DNA from: Vicugna vicugna
Lineage: Eukaryota
Direction of reading: 5' to 3'
DNA length: 64,000 nucleotides
NCBI GenBank assembly: GCA_013265495.1
Contig: MU058423.1
Span: 4,510,793-4,574,792, forward strand
The first letter of the stretch is position 1. Each line of letters begins with the position of its first letter. The notes under the pieces were generated by a model. That model did no database searches. It was given only the letters and a program-made list of their open reading frames with translations, and was not told the origin of the DNA. A program made the translations under genes and the position numbers. Positions 39,571-52,790 of the stretch are shown one piece after another.

Positions 39571-39741
39571 CCAGTCACCATTTGGCATGAATGCTTTCCA
39601 CATTGTGGGCTTATTGTAAGAATGATGAATAGGAAATTCAGTTTTAGAATTATAACAATGCAATCCTGAAAAGTTGGGAAATAGCTGTAAGAGTGGAGAC
39701 AGCACAAATTCATTGAAACTGGAAGCTCACATAATAGAAAT

Positions 39742-39830
39742 TATCTATCTATCATCTATCTATTTATCATCTACCATCTATCTATGTAGTTATGTATCTA
39801 TGTATCTATGTATGTATGTATCTATCTATC
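39742..39830. repeat. Compound (ATCT)n/(ATGT)n microsatellite
   Basis: tatctatctatcatctatct...tatgtatgtatgtatctatctatc. Confidence 0.9.
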
Positions 39831-40076
39831 ACAGTTAAGGTTCCCAAGGTCTTCTGAATAAAATATGTCCATATTTAAATTCATTCAAGTTAATTCAAAT
39901 GTGTTAAAATAATTGGTTTTTTTCCCAAATGGAATTGTTTTTTACCCTGATTAAAACAAAACAAAACAAACATCTACTTTTGTAAATAATCCAGAATATA
40001 GAAAAGCACAAAGAAGAAGCAACCACCACTATTAACTAATTCTATTACTCAGAGAAACCGTTATTAATGTATAGGT

Positions 40077-40291
40077 CAGGATTTTTCAACAGTAGCACCA
40101 TTGAAAGTTTGAATTGGATAATTCTTTCTAATGGGGACTGTCCTATGCATTGTAGGATGCTTAGCATCTCTCTTGACCTCTACTCACTAGATTCCAGGAG
40201 TTTCCATACAGTTTTGACAACCAAAATGTGTTCAGAGATTGCCAAATGTCCCCTGGGGGAGAAAAGTGTCATCCCTGGTTGAGAACCACTA
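40077..40291. mobile_element. MER20 hAT-Charlie element
   Basis: ggataattcttt...ctgtcctatgcattgtaggatg...gacaaccaaaatgt...attgccaaatgtcccctgggg...ggttgagaaccact. Confidence 0.85.
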
Positions 40292-41419
40292 AGGTTAGAT
40301 GTTCAACGTTTTGTGTTGGGGGGTGCGTGTGTGTGTGTAATCACTTTGCCCTTTTGGATGCCATTAAGAATTCCAGCGCATAATTAAACTAAAGTTGCTT
40401 GCTAGATGCCATAGGGTATTTTGAAACATTTTTCAGGGTTGTGACCTAATGGGACTCCTGGGGCCCTGTGGATTACATGGGTTCTTTTACATTTGTAGCA
40501 GGCCTTCGTTACCATGATTTATTCTTTATCAATTTGCTCATCTTTTAGATGTGAACCAAAGTCTCCAACAGCAGTGATCTGCATAGATAAACCACCTGGT
40601 CTAACCTGCTTGGGGAACATCATGGTCTCAGCCTGTAGTCATTTAGTTGTTGTGTTGCCATTGTTTTGTTTTGTTTTGCTTTCCTTTCAGTATTCTCTTT
40701 ACTCTGGGCTGACATCTATTTTAACTCGGGCTGAATATCATCTGTTGGTGGTTGTGTGTGCTGCTCGCATGATATGAAGACATTTTTAATAGACCTGCCC
40801 ACATTTCTTCCTGTACTGTATTCACAATTTCATATTCATTTCTGCTTAAGCTGGTCGCTAGGTTGGCTGATGAGAATTCATTCTCTGAAAGAGCATGATA
40901 ACTATTCTCTACTTTTTCTAAGTGAGCCAGACTCTGAACGCTGTTTTGTAACTTATTAAAACATGAAAAATATATGTTGGCAAGTAACAACATGCAGTCA
41001 ATTTACAGTGGTGCATTCTAAATAGATACATCAGGATTTTGTCTTTCGTAACTTTCCTGCACCCAAAGAGCTGGACTCACATGACGAACTCTTGATGTAA
41101 ATTAAAGGAGCCCTTCTATGCCTGAAGCCCCACATGTCATTCTCTTTGTCCATGACAGAAAGAGGTAGCCAGGCTTCTAGTGACAAGATACCCCTCTGTC
41201 TTAACGCAGCCTAATTACCCTGAAAGAGTAAACATTTACTAAAAACTGTTACCAAGTTACGGAAACATTTAATGTACTCCAAAGGCAAGAGATGTTAAGA
41301 ATGGAATAACTACCCCCAACCCCTGCCACGCACAGAGTTCTTTGCTGATGAGCAAAACTGCAGCATCAGAAAATCTCAGGTGAAGAGAGGAAGTGTGAAC
41401 ATAGTTGCAGAAGTTCAAG

Positions 41420-41742
41420 CTTGTGTCCAAAATGACTAGCGCTCACTCACCACCCATGTATTCCTCCACGCTTCCCAGCCTCCCCTGCATGTGGTGAAAC
41501 ATGACTGTCCCCATGCAGGATGAAGAAGAGCCAGTCAGCTACCTCATCCCCATATTTTCCGGCTATGGTGACCTTAGAGCCTGCGTGTTCTGGGTTTCAT
41601 GGCTATAGGATGAAAGACATCTAGATCTCTGAGTCACCACATGGGGAGCTGTGCCAGTCCTGACCTGTGACCCAGGGAAGAGTTTTTTTTTTTTTTTTTT
41701 TTTTTTTGTTGCTGCAGCATAGCCTTTCCTAGCCTAAGATAT
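41420..41742 (+). mobile_element. MLT1J/K-like MaLR LTR remnant with an internal poly-T run
   Basis: ttcccagcctcccctgca...ctgagtcaccacatgg...ttgttgctgcagcatagcct. Confidence 0.6.
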
Positions 41743-43195
41743 CTGTTGGCTTTAAAGTGTTCTTAAAATGAAAAGGAGGAAAAGTGACTCAGACATAGTC
41801 TAATAAGTAAAGTGGAGCAGAGAAGCAATTAACTCAGTTTGAGAATTACAGAAACATTTTAGACGATTGTTTTCTCTGGAAGCAGAAAGGAGGATTTTGT
41901 CTGAACCTTTGCTTTGTTGATGGCAATCAAATCTCCCAACAAATGTCTGGAAGGAGAACATTCTTGTGTTAGTATTTTACTCTTCCATCAGAGTTTTTTC
42001 TTAATTAAATTTTTTTTTAACATAGCCGCTTGAAATGGTCACCAGTCAAAATCATGACCTTAGTATCAATGCTGATCTTTTGTGTCCTATTTTGTTTTAA
42101 TGCTGTTCTTGTGTGCTAGGCACAATTTAAAGCAATAATTTTTTTAAACTCTTTGAATCTTCACTCTTATTACAAATCACACAAGTTAGGAGAATAAAAA
42201 ACAGGTTTGAAAATTTTTTAGTTTATATTTGGTTGGAGCGCTTCTTTTTCAACTTTATTCTTACATTTTAAATATAAATAAAACCTCAAAGACTAGTTCA
42301 TTGTTAGTTTTAAATTTTTATCTGAGGATTCATTCTATGTGGCACTTGATTCCAACTAGTTGCAGGGACAATCAGAAGATTCGCAGAAAATTTAGAGATA
42401 GCTTCACTTTGACCTTCTTCAAAAACACCCAAATGTTCCCAAAGTTGCAAGAAAGAGGATTCCCCTATTTTTGTCCTCCTCAAAAAAATGACAGAAAGGA
42501 TTGGCAAATAGATTAAGTCTGAGAAGAAGGCCACCTGGCTCTTGTACATTAGACGAGAAGGACTAAGTCAAGCCAAAGGATTTCCCCGGTAAGGAGGCAG
42601 TGGTAGCGAGGAGGATTCTTGAGGACGGATAGAGATGGGGAGTATAAAAAGCTGGAATCTAGCCTAGATCTACCCGCAATTTGGAGAGCTTAATTTCACA
42701 CCAAAACTGAGCCAAGGCTTAGTGAAACCTCACACTTTAGCAAATGTCAATTGAGTTTCAGATTTCAGAAAAGAGCCTTAAAGAAGAAACAGAGCCTTGG
42801 CAGTAATGGTGCCTGGCTGGTAATGGCTGCTGCTAGTGGTGGCCACACAAACCTGCCCTCATCGCTGACTCAGCCAAATGATGCAGGGGCACATTCTTAA
42901 TCACCAGAAGTGTGTAGCATCACATATTCTCAGCTCTTTGGGTGTTCTTCATGTTGAAAAGCAAAGAATCCATTAGCAATTTAAGAAATACAGAGAAAAT
43001 AGAGGGCTTTTTAAAAAAGCATCCGTTACCCATTTATTTTATTCAATATCTTGCAGTCCACAATCACACAAATATTTAAAATAAAGATGCAGTAGCTTCT
43101 TGACTATTGGTTATAATTATCTTTCTTTTCACCATCTTTATTATAATAGGGAAAATGGGCCAATTAAGGACTTGTTTCCGAGCAATAAGCAAAGG

Positions 43196-44144
43196 TGTTA
43201 GATCCAAAAACTATAGAGTCAAAGAGCAGGCACAGGCAGAGACAGGTTCCAGTGAAGGCTGGCAAGCAGATTCTTTACTGAGAGAAAGACCACAGTTTGT
43301 AAGGGGGAGGCAAAGCTTTCAGACTTAAGTCCTCTGTCTTGGCTTAAGTCCTTTACAAATACGCTGGCAAAGAGACAACTTCCTGCTTATCATCTATAAA
43401 ATATTTGGTGTTTATAGCTTATGGGTACACCCCTAAGAAGGTAACCAGGACGAGGAGAAAAGCAAGAAATAGCTGGAGTATTAGATTCCAATGAACTTTG
43501 CCATATTTTTCATATTGGCTAGAGTGAATGGCTGCTCTTTAGTGTAATAAAACATTTATCACCACCTTTTAGGTTTTAGTTCCAGTGTTTTTCAGGTTAC
43601 AATGTTTATTCATGTGTGGGCCTCCTGTTTAGCAGACACAGAAATATGGGCTGTTTCTCTGGTATGGCTTTTTTGTGGGTCTCTCGGGGGCCCTTCCTCC
43701 TCCTCCTGTCGTAATGTGGGAAAAGCCCTCTCAGTGTATATCTTACGTCTCTCCCTCCAGGCTCTGCCTTCTGGTAGTTCATCCTACACAGATTTTTCTG
43801 TGTCAGGTTACTTTGTCCCTCTTGGGCCTCTTGAGTAAGGGAGGTTTGCTTTAAACAATGCATGCCTGGCTCTCCACAGATGCATGAGTCAAGTGACAGC
43901 CTGCTGGCCCCCAGCCCTCTCCAAGTGCCCTGCGAGTCAGGGTGCATCCATGTAGCACCCACAGTTAGAGGTCTCCAGGAAGGAGTCAGTTTCCAACAGC
44001 TTTATGATCCCCAAACTCCAAGTAGTATGAGTTAGTTTTCCAAGTGTTTCTCTGAGCGTCCTCCAACTCCGTCTCACTTAGCTTGGTGAAGATGGCGCAA
44101 CGACAACATCTTCCAATGAACTTGCCAATTCTAATCTACCTCCA
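43196..44144 (-). mobile_element. Probable ancient long LTR (LTR78-like)
   Basis: TG...CA termini, with AGTAAA about 80 bp from the minus-strand 3' end (...ctttgactctatagtttttggatctaaca). Family is tentative. Confidence 0.4.
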
Positions 44145-44695
44145 GTGAATCCTTAGCATTTTCTCATGTGGCCTGGAGGTTGCAGTGAGGCTGAAGAACA
44201 AATTTTGGGTCACCAACTTTGAAAATTATTCGTAGGTAATCTAACCTATTTGTTTTTTTCATATGGAGGTTACTTTCATCTATTGGTTGTGGTCTTGTGG
44301 TTTTAGATGACATTCCAGGAAAGAAAGAGTCCCATTTTAATAATTGGATACACATGTCACACTGCTTAAAGAGGATGGTAAATACAAATATAATAAAAGT
44401 GGAGGGAATGACTCCCAAACAAGTAGGGGAAATGAAATAATAATAACTATAATTAAAAATAAAATTGATGAATCCAAAACATGGCAGGAAATAAAAAATA
44501 CCAAAGTATAGAAATAAGGCGAATAGAAAGAATAAAATGAGACATCTAACTAGATACGTCTGTGAGACTGAGTCCCCTTGAAACTGAGTTCCTCTGCCAA
44601 GTTTATGATTAACTTCTCTATTTGAAACATTATTCTCTTTCTTGCCCTGCATCCATTCCCCTCAAGGTTGAAGAGTATCATTGAAAAGGGGTGAT

Positions 44696-45235
44696 TGAAA
44701 CTAAGCAGAACCCTGTGGGGTTGTAGAAAGCCCCTCCATCGCCCTTGTTTCTTGCTCATAGGAAAAAAAAAGTCTTTAGTGTCCTAGGCCTTCCCCCAGT
44801 TCCAAAGAGCAGGCTCAAGCAGATAATATGACTATAGAGTCTCAGGTCTCCTAGTCCCCCTAGGATATAGATGACAATCTGTTGCATATCTTTGAGTTGA
44901 TCTGCAGAAACTAAGATGCCCACCCAGGTGAAGGATGGTGACTACATACTGATCACAAGTCGTATACCCCAGATAGGCTGGAACCAAAAGGTGAGATTCT
45001 GGAGACACCACCGTGTTACCTCCAACCAATCAGAAGAAAGTCACACACACTGCGGCCCTTACCCCAGATTTTGTCTTTGAAAACTCTTCCCTGAAAACCA
45101 TATGGGAGTTTGGGTATTTTGGACATGAGCCACCCATTTTCCTTACAATAAATAAACATTTTTGTTCTCCAAGCTCCAACATATTGGTGTTTGGCCTCAC
45201 TGTGCATCAGGCACATGAACTTGGGTTCAGCAGCA
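44696..45235 (+). mobile_element. ERV1-type solo LTR (MER41-like, likely lineage-specific)
   Basis: TGaaactaagcag...aaccaatcagaag (CCAAT box)...aataaa...gggttcagcagCA. Confidence 0.7.
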
Positions 45236-45239
45236 TCCA

Positions 45240-46289
45240 CAATCACAATAAATGTGAGTGGTTTAAACTGTCAGTTGAAAAATAAATGGTCAGGCTTGAA
45301 TTTTTTAAAAATCTAGCTATATGTTATTTTTTTTTAAAAAGCACATATTTAAATATACACAGAAAAGTTGGTGGTTAAACAATAAAAAATGTGCACAGAC
45401 AAATATTAAACAGAATGAAGCTGGTATATAAAAATCAGACAAAACAGATTTTAAGGCAAAAAAAAAATGATCAAGCTATCAAGACATTTTTTGTGCCATG
45501 CTTCAAAAGACAAGTTGACAGAATAGAGATCTCAGAATCAGACATAGAAACTTGATATATGACAGAAGTGGCATTTTTTTATCAGTAGGCAAAGGATGAT
45601 CTAGTTAGAAAAAAAAATGATGCTCAAATAATGATGATCTATAAGGAATAAAATATGTGTTAGATTCCCACCTCCCACCATACCCATGAGTTAATATCAG
45701 AAGATTAATAAAGCTACTGTGAAAATTAAGTCTTTACATCTTTAAGAAGTTACGAAGGACTTCTCTGTTAGAAAATCTCTTAATAATTCCAAGAGAGGAG
45801 TATAATAAATTGAACCCAAAGAGAATAAACTATAAAGAAAAAAATTAAGTTTGACTACATGAAAATTAAAATGTAGAAAAGTTTATCATGGAAAGATGCC
45901 ATAAGTAACAACAGAAAAAAGTCTAAGCCATACACTAGAGGATGATTTCATTGCATACAGCCAGCCAGGAGAGGATTAGGATGCAGAATTTACAAAGACC
46001 TCCCATAAATCATTACGGAAAAGATTAACAACTCAATATAAAAAAATGACAAGATGTCTAAACTTAAAAGGAAATTAAAATGTCCAACAAACAAGTAAAA
46101 ATATGTTCAGCCTAACTAGTAATCAAAAAATGCAAATTAAAACCAGAATGAGATATAATTTTGCATCTATTAGATTGATAAAAATGAATAAAACACTTGA
46201 AAATACTAATCATTGGAGAGGATGTTGAACAATGGGAGCACTCATCCACCAGGGGAAAGAATACATAGTGATAAAACCACCTAGGAGAT
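45240..46289 (+). mobile_element. Old L1M remnant, continuing ~47285-47450
   Basis: A-rich, with aaatcagacaaaacagattttaaggcaaaa and actagtaatcaaaaaatgcaaattaaaacca. Confidence 0.7.
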
Positions 46290-46648
46290 TGTTAGGCACT
46301 GAATGTGTTCCTCCAAACTCATGTGTTGCAGCTCTAATTCCCAATGTGATGGTATTTGAAGGGGGGGGGCCTTCGGGACATAACTAGTTTAGATGAGATG
46401 GTGAGGATGGATCTCCCATGATGGGATTGGGGTCCTTATAAAAGAGGAAGAGATTCAAGAGCTCTGCCATGTGACGTCATAGTAAGAAGGTGGCTGTCAG
46501 CAAGGCAGGAAGAGAGCCCTCACCAGGAACCAAATGGGCTGGTTGATCTTTAACTTCCCAGCCTCCAGAACTGTGAAAAATAAATTTCTGCTGCTCAAAC
46601 CATTCAGTCTGTTGTATTTTGTTTTGGCATCTTGAGTGAACTAAGACA
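46290..46648 (+). mobile_element. MLT1A-like MaLR solo LTR
   Basis: cccaatgtgatggtatttgaagg...atgatgggatt...ccttataaaagagg...ccctcaccaggaacc...cccagcctccagaactgtga...ctaagaca. Confidence 0.85.
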
Positions 46649-46739
46649 GACCTATTTCTCAACACGTGGCCAAGTATGAGGTGCACTGATACTATGTGGT
46701 GGATACGATGAGGGTGTCTCTCAGCATCGCCTTGTTGGT

Positions 46740-47281
46740 CTGTTGTGCTGTTCTGTTAAATCTTGAGAGCTAGAATCAACATTTCTCAGATCTCAGAGAC
46801 TCTTATGAAAGTAGGACACCAGGAGCACATTAAGTTCTGCCAGTTAATTACAGTTGGGAAATACTTAGAGAGCAGAAATGATATGGGAGTTTTGGTCAGC
46901 AGGCAGAGTCACGCAGACATTGCTTTTGTTTGTGTTTTTCTTGTAGCAACCGTGGATGTCAGGTCATTAGTTTCATCAATGTTGACAAACAGTTGTAGTT
47001 CAGAGGCTGTGGTTTTTCTTGAGCTTGGTATCACAGTGACAGCGGCATGTTCTTCAACTCAACAGCCCCAGTAGTTGCCTCCTGACTTCCTACCTTCCTG
47101 ACTGTAGCCAAGGTGAATTTCTCTGGTGGGTCCATGTGGTGGCATTTTTCTGAGTCATTCTAGGTTTGGAACCCACTCCTTCAGCCCTTTCAGTGATTTT
47201 GCCAGCACTTGATATCTCACACTTCTCTCCTTAAAATAATGGGAGTTGTTTCTGTTTCCTCCAGCTGAACACTGACCAACA
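46740..47281 (+). mobile_element. Old ERVL-type LTR (LTR33-like)
   Basis: Ends gttgtttctgtttcctccagctgaacactgaccaaca. Family is tentative. Confidence 0.45.
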
Positions 47282-47639
47282 TGCCTTCCTCCTAGGAATT
47301 CTACCTCTAGATATATATCCTCAGGAGACTGGTGTGTGTGTGCCCAAGGAGACACATACAAGAATGTTCGTAGTGGCATGATGTGTAATGGAAAATATAT
47401 ACCTGACAGTAAAATGGGTTAAAAAGTAGTATAATCATGCAATCTCTGACATATTTTATAGTGAATTAAAAATAATAATCAAACACAAGCATGTAAGACA
47501 TCGGATCTGCCCTTGGTTAGCTTAATAAAATGGTGGCAGTTTTTAGGTGTGAAACTTTTTGCATCAGATGATTAAAAACGAGTTTCTTCCTCTTTAGCTC
47601 TTAGTGTATATTCTTGAGATTTGTTTACTGACTTCTTTT

Positions 47640-48420
47640 CTTACCGTACATACTCACCCAGGAATTTCTCATGCATTCCTATGGCTTTAAGTACATTGTA
47701 TATGTTGATGATTGTCAAAGATAAATACTTGAGTTTCCGTTTCATATGTCCACGGACTACTGGCTGTCTCTTCACTTGGGTGTGTTGAAGACATTTCAAA
47801 TTCAGTGAGGCTGCAAGTGATCTTTGCTCCCAAACCAGCTCTTCATTTTTTGTTCCCTGTCTCAGGTTAAAGACAGTGCCACTCTTTATTTCCTCAAGTT
47901 AGAAATCTGGTATCATCATTACCTGCATTGTTTCCTTTACCCACTGCCCCTCACATACAGTCAGTAAGTCTTGTCATATTGTTAAAACTTTTCTTGTCAA
48001 TTATACCGTCACCTTCTTCATATATCTACTAATGAAAAGCCTTTTAACTCATTGTCACCTTGTCTCCAATCTTACCCTACCTATCCATTCCACATAACAT
48101 AGTCAAAGTGACATTTCTAAAGCAAAAAAATCTTTGTGTCATACTCCTTTTTAACATCCTTCAATGGCTTCTTGTTGCTACTCAACATAATATTTATGGC
48201 CTTCATGACATGGCTTTTAATTACCCTTCAGTGTTCCCACTTGTCTCTTTCCTTTTCAAGCCCTACAGTACAATCCATATGGTGCCTTTCAGTTTCTTGG
48301 ATACATGAGGGTCTTTCTGATACTCACAACTTCCCATGTGATATTTGTTTTGTGTAGGGTACATTTTCCTTCCCTTTCTACCCAGTTCTGTTAGGTCTCA
48401 GGTGAGACATTAATATCTTT
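47640..48420 (+). mobile_element. L2 LINE remnant
   Basis: atggctttaagtacatt...gatgatt...tcagtaagtcttgtca...ccttcaatggctt. Confidence 0.6.
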
Positions 48421-49233
48421 CAGCAGCATGTGTATTTAACATTCTCCTCTTTCCTTACGTTACACTCCCTTCCCCACAAGATTGTATGTCTAACAGACAA
48501 GCCCTTTAAAAAACATAATGACCATATCCTATTTACGTTTGCCATATTTAACAGTTATTTCTTAATATTAACTGATGTCCAGCATGTGCACAAATTTCCT
48601 TGATTAACTCAAAACAGTGCACAGTGGGTTTGCTTAAGTGAGGATCAGCAAGGTCCACACATTGCAATAGGCTAATATGTCTTATCTATTACAGTTCCTT
48701 TTCCCATTTTAATGCCATTTTGGGGAAGAAAACCATTGATTTTCTTTTCCTGATGGAGTTTCCATATACCGTGTTTCACTGTCCATCTCATGGTTACATC
48801 TAACTAGCTCCTCTGTCCATCACATTTTCTATTAGCTAGTAGTTAAATCTAAAGGCTTGATTAGATTCATATTATAATTTTGGTAAGAATATTGGACAGA
48901 TTGTGCTATGTGCTTCCTACTGCGTTTCTCAGGATACATGTAACAACTGGTCGTCTCCCTTTTAGCACTGTTAAGGTTATTAGTCAGTTTGGATGGTTCC
49001 AGCCGAATCTATTATAGAATTGCCCATCAACCTTTTGTCTAGTGGTTTTCACAGTCACTGATGATTGTTGTCTAAGCCCAGTATTCCATCAGATTTACAA
49101 TATGATGATGTTTCTCATTCTTTCATTTCTTCTGCATTGGGTTGTCCTGGAATATAGTTGATATGGAAAAAGCAGCCTGAATGTTTGATTCTTTTTCTCT
49201 GTTTACTAATTTTAAGAATAGTGGCTTGGAGTC

Positions 49234-49634
49234 TGTTATGACCATCCCATGGGAAATGGGCTCAACTCCCCACACATAATTATGTTTAATACTGAGACTG
49301 ATGATGCCACAAATGCACCAAGAGAGTATGAAGAGATTTGTAATGCACCTAACACGTCGTCTTGCGGAGAGCAGAGCAGGCTCCCAGGCAGGTCTGAAAT
49401 GGCTTCCGAGAGCAAGGAGAGGGTGTCTGGGTTTGACTTCTATTGTGGTTAGGGAGTGGGGCTGGAGGCATGGCTCCTGCATGAAGGCCAGGGCTTGCCT
49501 GACTTAAGCATTACAGGAGAGAGCACATGGGCTTTCCCAGAAGTGTAAACAGTAGGAGAAGGGGGAGGAGTGGGACTTGAAAGCTATCAGTAGTAAAAAA
49601 TTTTTTTAAAAAAAGGGTCAAACTCTTTACTACA
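49234..49634 (-). mobile_element. ERVL-type solo LTR (MER74/MER76-like)
   Basis: Minus strand begins TGtagtaaagagtttgaccc...tgatagctttcaagtccc and ends ...gtcataaCA. Confidence 0.65.
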
Positions 49635-50324
49635 GTTCACTCTGATATTTGACTGATGATTAAAATGTGCCACATTTTAGTTAAATCTGAACGTGTTTAA
49701 ATAAGCTGTTAGGGCATTTATGAGGCCTGAAGCCTGAGGCCTTGTAAAGCAAGTGGTTTCTGTTGAATTCCTTATTCAAGAGCCTGCTATTGCACATTCT
49801 GAGAAGTGAGATAAGTGCCTTCGCCTCTTCTCCAAGTAGGTCTCATATAATGGATTTCAGTCATTGAAGGAGCTGTTTTCATTAATTTCGGGCCATGTTA
49901 ATTACTTTTAACCGGGGGTGGGGTACTTGGAGGCCCACTTTGTCAAGCTGATTATCAGTGCTAAAATTTTAAGATCACTTAAATCTGTTACCTGTTGAGT
50001 CAGAGTGTCCATGCTCACCCTGGGATATTTTAGGGAAATGAGTGCTACAGCTATAAAGAATTTAGGCATGAAAACAGTTCTGTTGGCTGAGGTGAATCTT
50101 GCCTGTTTGTCTTTTATGTCTGGTGACTACCCCCAAAATATAGGGTTTACATTATTGAAATTTACTGGGATCCCAGGTATAAACTGTATCTTGAGCCCCA
50201 GGATAGATTAAAGTGTGAAGGTTTGCCAACTGGTGCATCTCATCATATGTCAAAGTTAACTCGGACTCTGCATTATAGAGGCACATGAGCCAATCCCACG
50301 CCTTTGTATTTGGGGGTGGAGGAT

Positions 50325-52790
50325 TTTTTAAGTGAACTTTTAGAAGTAATTTTAGCTACATGGCAAAATTGAGCAGATGGTGCAGAGATTTCCCATATAC
50401 TACTTTCCTGACATATGCACTGCCTCCCCCATGATCAACGTCCCCTACCAGAGTGGTACATTTGTTAAATGATGAACCTTTATTGATACATCTTTATCAC
50501 CCAAAGTCCTTAGTTTAATTACAGTTCACTCTTGTTGTTGTACTTTCTATGGGCTTTGGCAAATGTAGAATGACATGTATCTGTTAACTACAGTATCATA
50601 TATACAAATTTTACTACCCTAAAAATCCTCTGTGCTCTGCCTGTTCATTCTTCCTCACCATTCAACTCCTGGTCACCACTAATCTTTTAACTGTCTCCAT
50701 ATTTTTGCCTTTCCCAGAATGTCGTGTAGTTGGAATCACACATTGTATAGCCTTTTCAGATATGTTCCTTTTACTTAGTAATATGCACTTAAGAGTCCTC
50801 TATGTCTCTTCAAGACTTCATAGCTTATTTTGTTTTTACCCCTGAATAGTATTCCATTGTCTGAATGCAGCACAATTTATTTATCCTCTCACTTACTGAA
50901 GGATATCTTAGTTACTTCCAAGTTTTGGTGATTACAAATAAAGCTTCATTAAACACCTATTGCAAGTTTTTTCAGATAAGTTTTCAACTTCTCTAGGTAA
51001 ACACCAAGGGGCAATATTGCTGGATAGTATAAGAGTACTGTATTCCCTTGTTATCTGCGTTTTCGTTTTCCGTGGTCTCAGTTACCCGTGATCAACCACG
51101 GGTCCAAAAATATTAAACAAAAATTCCGGAAATAAACAATTCATAGGTTTTAAATTGCACGCCATTCTGAGTAGTGTGGTGAAATCTTGCATCATCCTGC
51201 TCTGTATTGCCCAGGACATGAATCATCGCTTTGTTCACTGTACCGTGTCACTGGTCACTTAGTATCCTCTGGGTTATCAGATTGCCTGTTGAAGTATTTC
51301 AGTGCTTGTGTTCAGGCAACACTTATTTAACTTAATAATGGCCCCAAAGTGTAAGAGTAGTAATGCTGGCAATTTGGACATGCCGAAGAGCAGCCATAAA
51401 GAGCTTTCTTTAAGTGAAAAGGTGAAAGTTCTTGACTTAATAAGGAAGACAAAAAATTATGTGCTGAGGCTGCTAAGGTCTACAGCAAGGACAAATCTTC
51501 TACTCATGAAATTGTGAAGAGGAAAATTAGTCATGCTAGTTTTGCTTTTGCACCTCAAACTGCAGATGTTAATGGCCACCATCCACGGCAAGTGCTTAGT
51601 TAAGATGGAAAAGACACTAAATTTGTACAATAAGATATTCTGAGAGACAGAGAGAAATACCAAATTCACCTAACTTTTATTACAGTATATTATTAGAGTT
51701 GTCCTATTTTATTATTAGTTATTATTATTAATCTCAGACTGTGCCTAATTCATAAATTAAACTATCATAGGTATGTATGTATAGGAGAAAACATAGTATA
51801 TTTAGAGTTCGGTACTATCCACAATTTCAGGCATTCACTGGAGATCTTGGAACGTATCCCCTGTGGATAAGTGGGGGCTAGTGTACGTTCAGTTTTGTAA
51901 AAAACTGCCAAACTGTCTTCCAAAGTGGCTGCACCACTTTGCACTCCCACCAGCAATGAATGAGTGTTCCTGTTGCTCCACATCCTCTATATTTTTGATT
52001 TTGGCCATTCTATTAGGTGTATCATGGTATGTCATTATTGTTTTAATTTACAATTACCTAAAGACACATTATGTTGAGCATATGTTCATATGCTATATGC
52101 CTTTTTTCTTTGATGAGGTGTCTATGCAGATCTTTCACTCATTTTTAAATTAAGTTGCTTGTTTTTTATTGTTGAGTTTTAAGAGTTCTTTGTATATTTT
52201 GGAGAACCATCCTTTATCAGATGTGTCTTTGGCAGGTATTTGCTTCCAGTCTGTAGTGTCTTCTCATTCTCTTGAGAGTATCTTTTGCATAGCAGTAGTG
52301 TTTAATATTAATGAAGTTCAGGATTGTTAATTTTTTTCTTTTATGAATCATGCCCTTGGTGTATCTATTAAGCCATTGCCATACCCAGGTCATCTAGGTT
52401 TTCTCCTACATTATCTTTTAGAAGTTTTATAGTTTGTATCTTACATTTAGGTACAGATCCTCTTTGAATTAATTTTTGCAGAGTGTAAGACCTTTGTCTA
52501 GAGTCTGTGTCTAGATTTTTTTTTTGGCATATAGATATGCAGTTGTTCCAGCACCATTTGTTGAAAAGATTATCTTTGCTCCATTTTATTGCCTCTGCTC
52601 CTTTGTCAAAGTTGACTAATAGTATGACTATATTTGTATGTGTATATTCCTGGGTTCTCTATTCTGTTCTATTGACCTATTTTGTCTATTCTTTTGGTAA
52701 TGCCATCCATCTTGATTCCTGTAGTTTTATAGTTAAGTCTTATAGTCAGGTAGTATCCATCTTCCAACTTTGTTCTTCTCATATATATAT
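50325..52790 (-). mobile_element. L1M (MC/MB-like) 3' UTR and ORF2 end, interrupted by MER44
   Basis: gcaaaattgagcaga...ttcccatata; aaactgccaaactgtcttccaaagtggctgcacc; gttccagcaccatttgttgaaaaga. Confidence 0.85.
51038..51883 (+). mobile_element. MER44 / Tigger7-derived TcMar DNA transposon
   Basis: TA flanks at 51036-37 and 51884-85, degenerate TIRs ctgtattcccttgttatc / gataagtgggggctagtg, and transposase N-terminal remnant MAPKCKSSNAGNLDMPKSSHKELSLSEKVKVLDLIRK. Confidence 0.88.

Noticed and set aside
44164..44652. 162 aa hydrophobic ORF resembling a membrane protein
   Set aside because: It is the antisense of A-rich, L1-like sequence. T-rich codons give spurious Phe/Ile/Leu runs.
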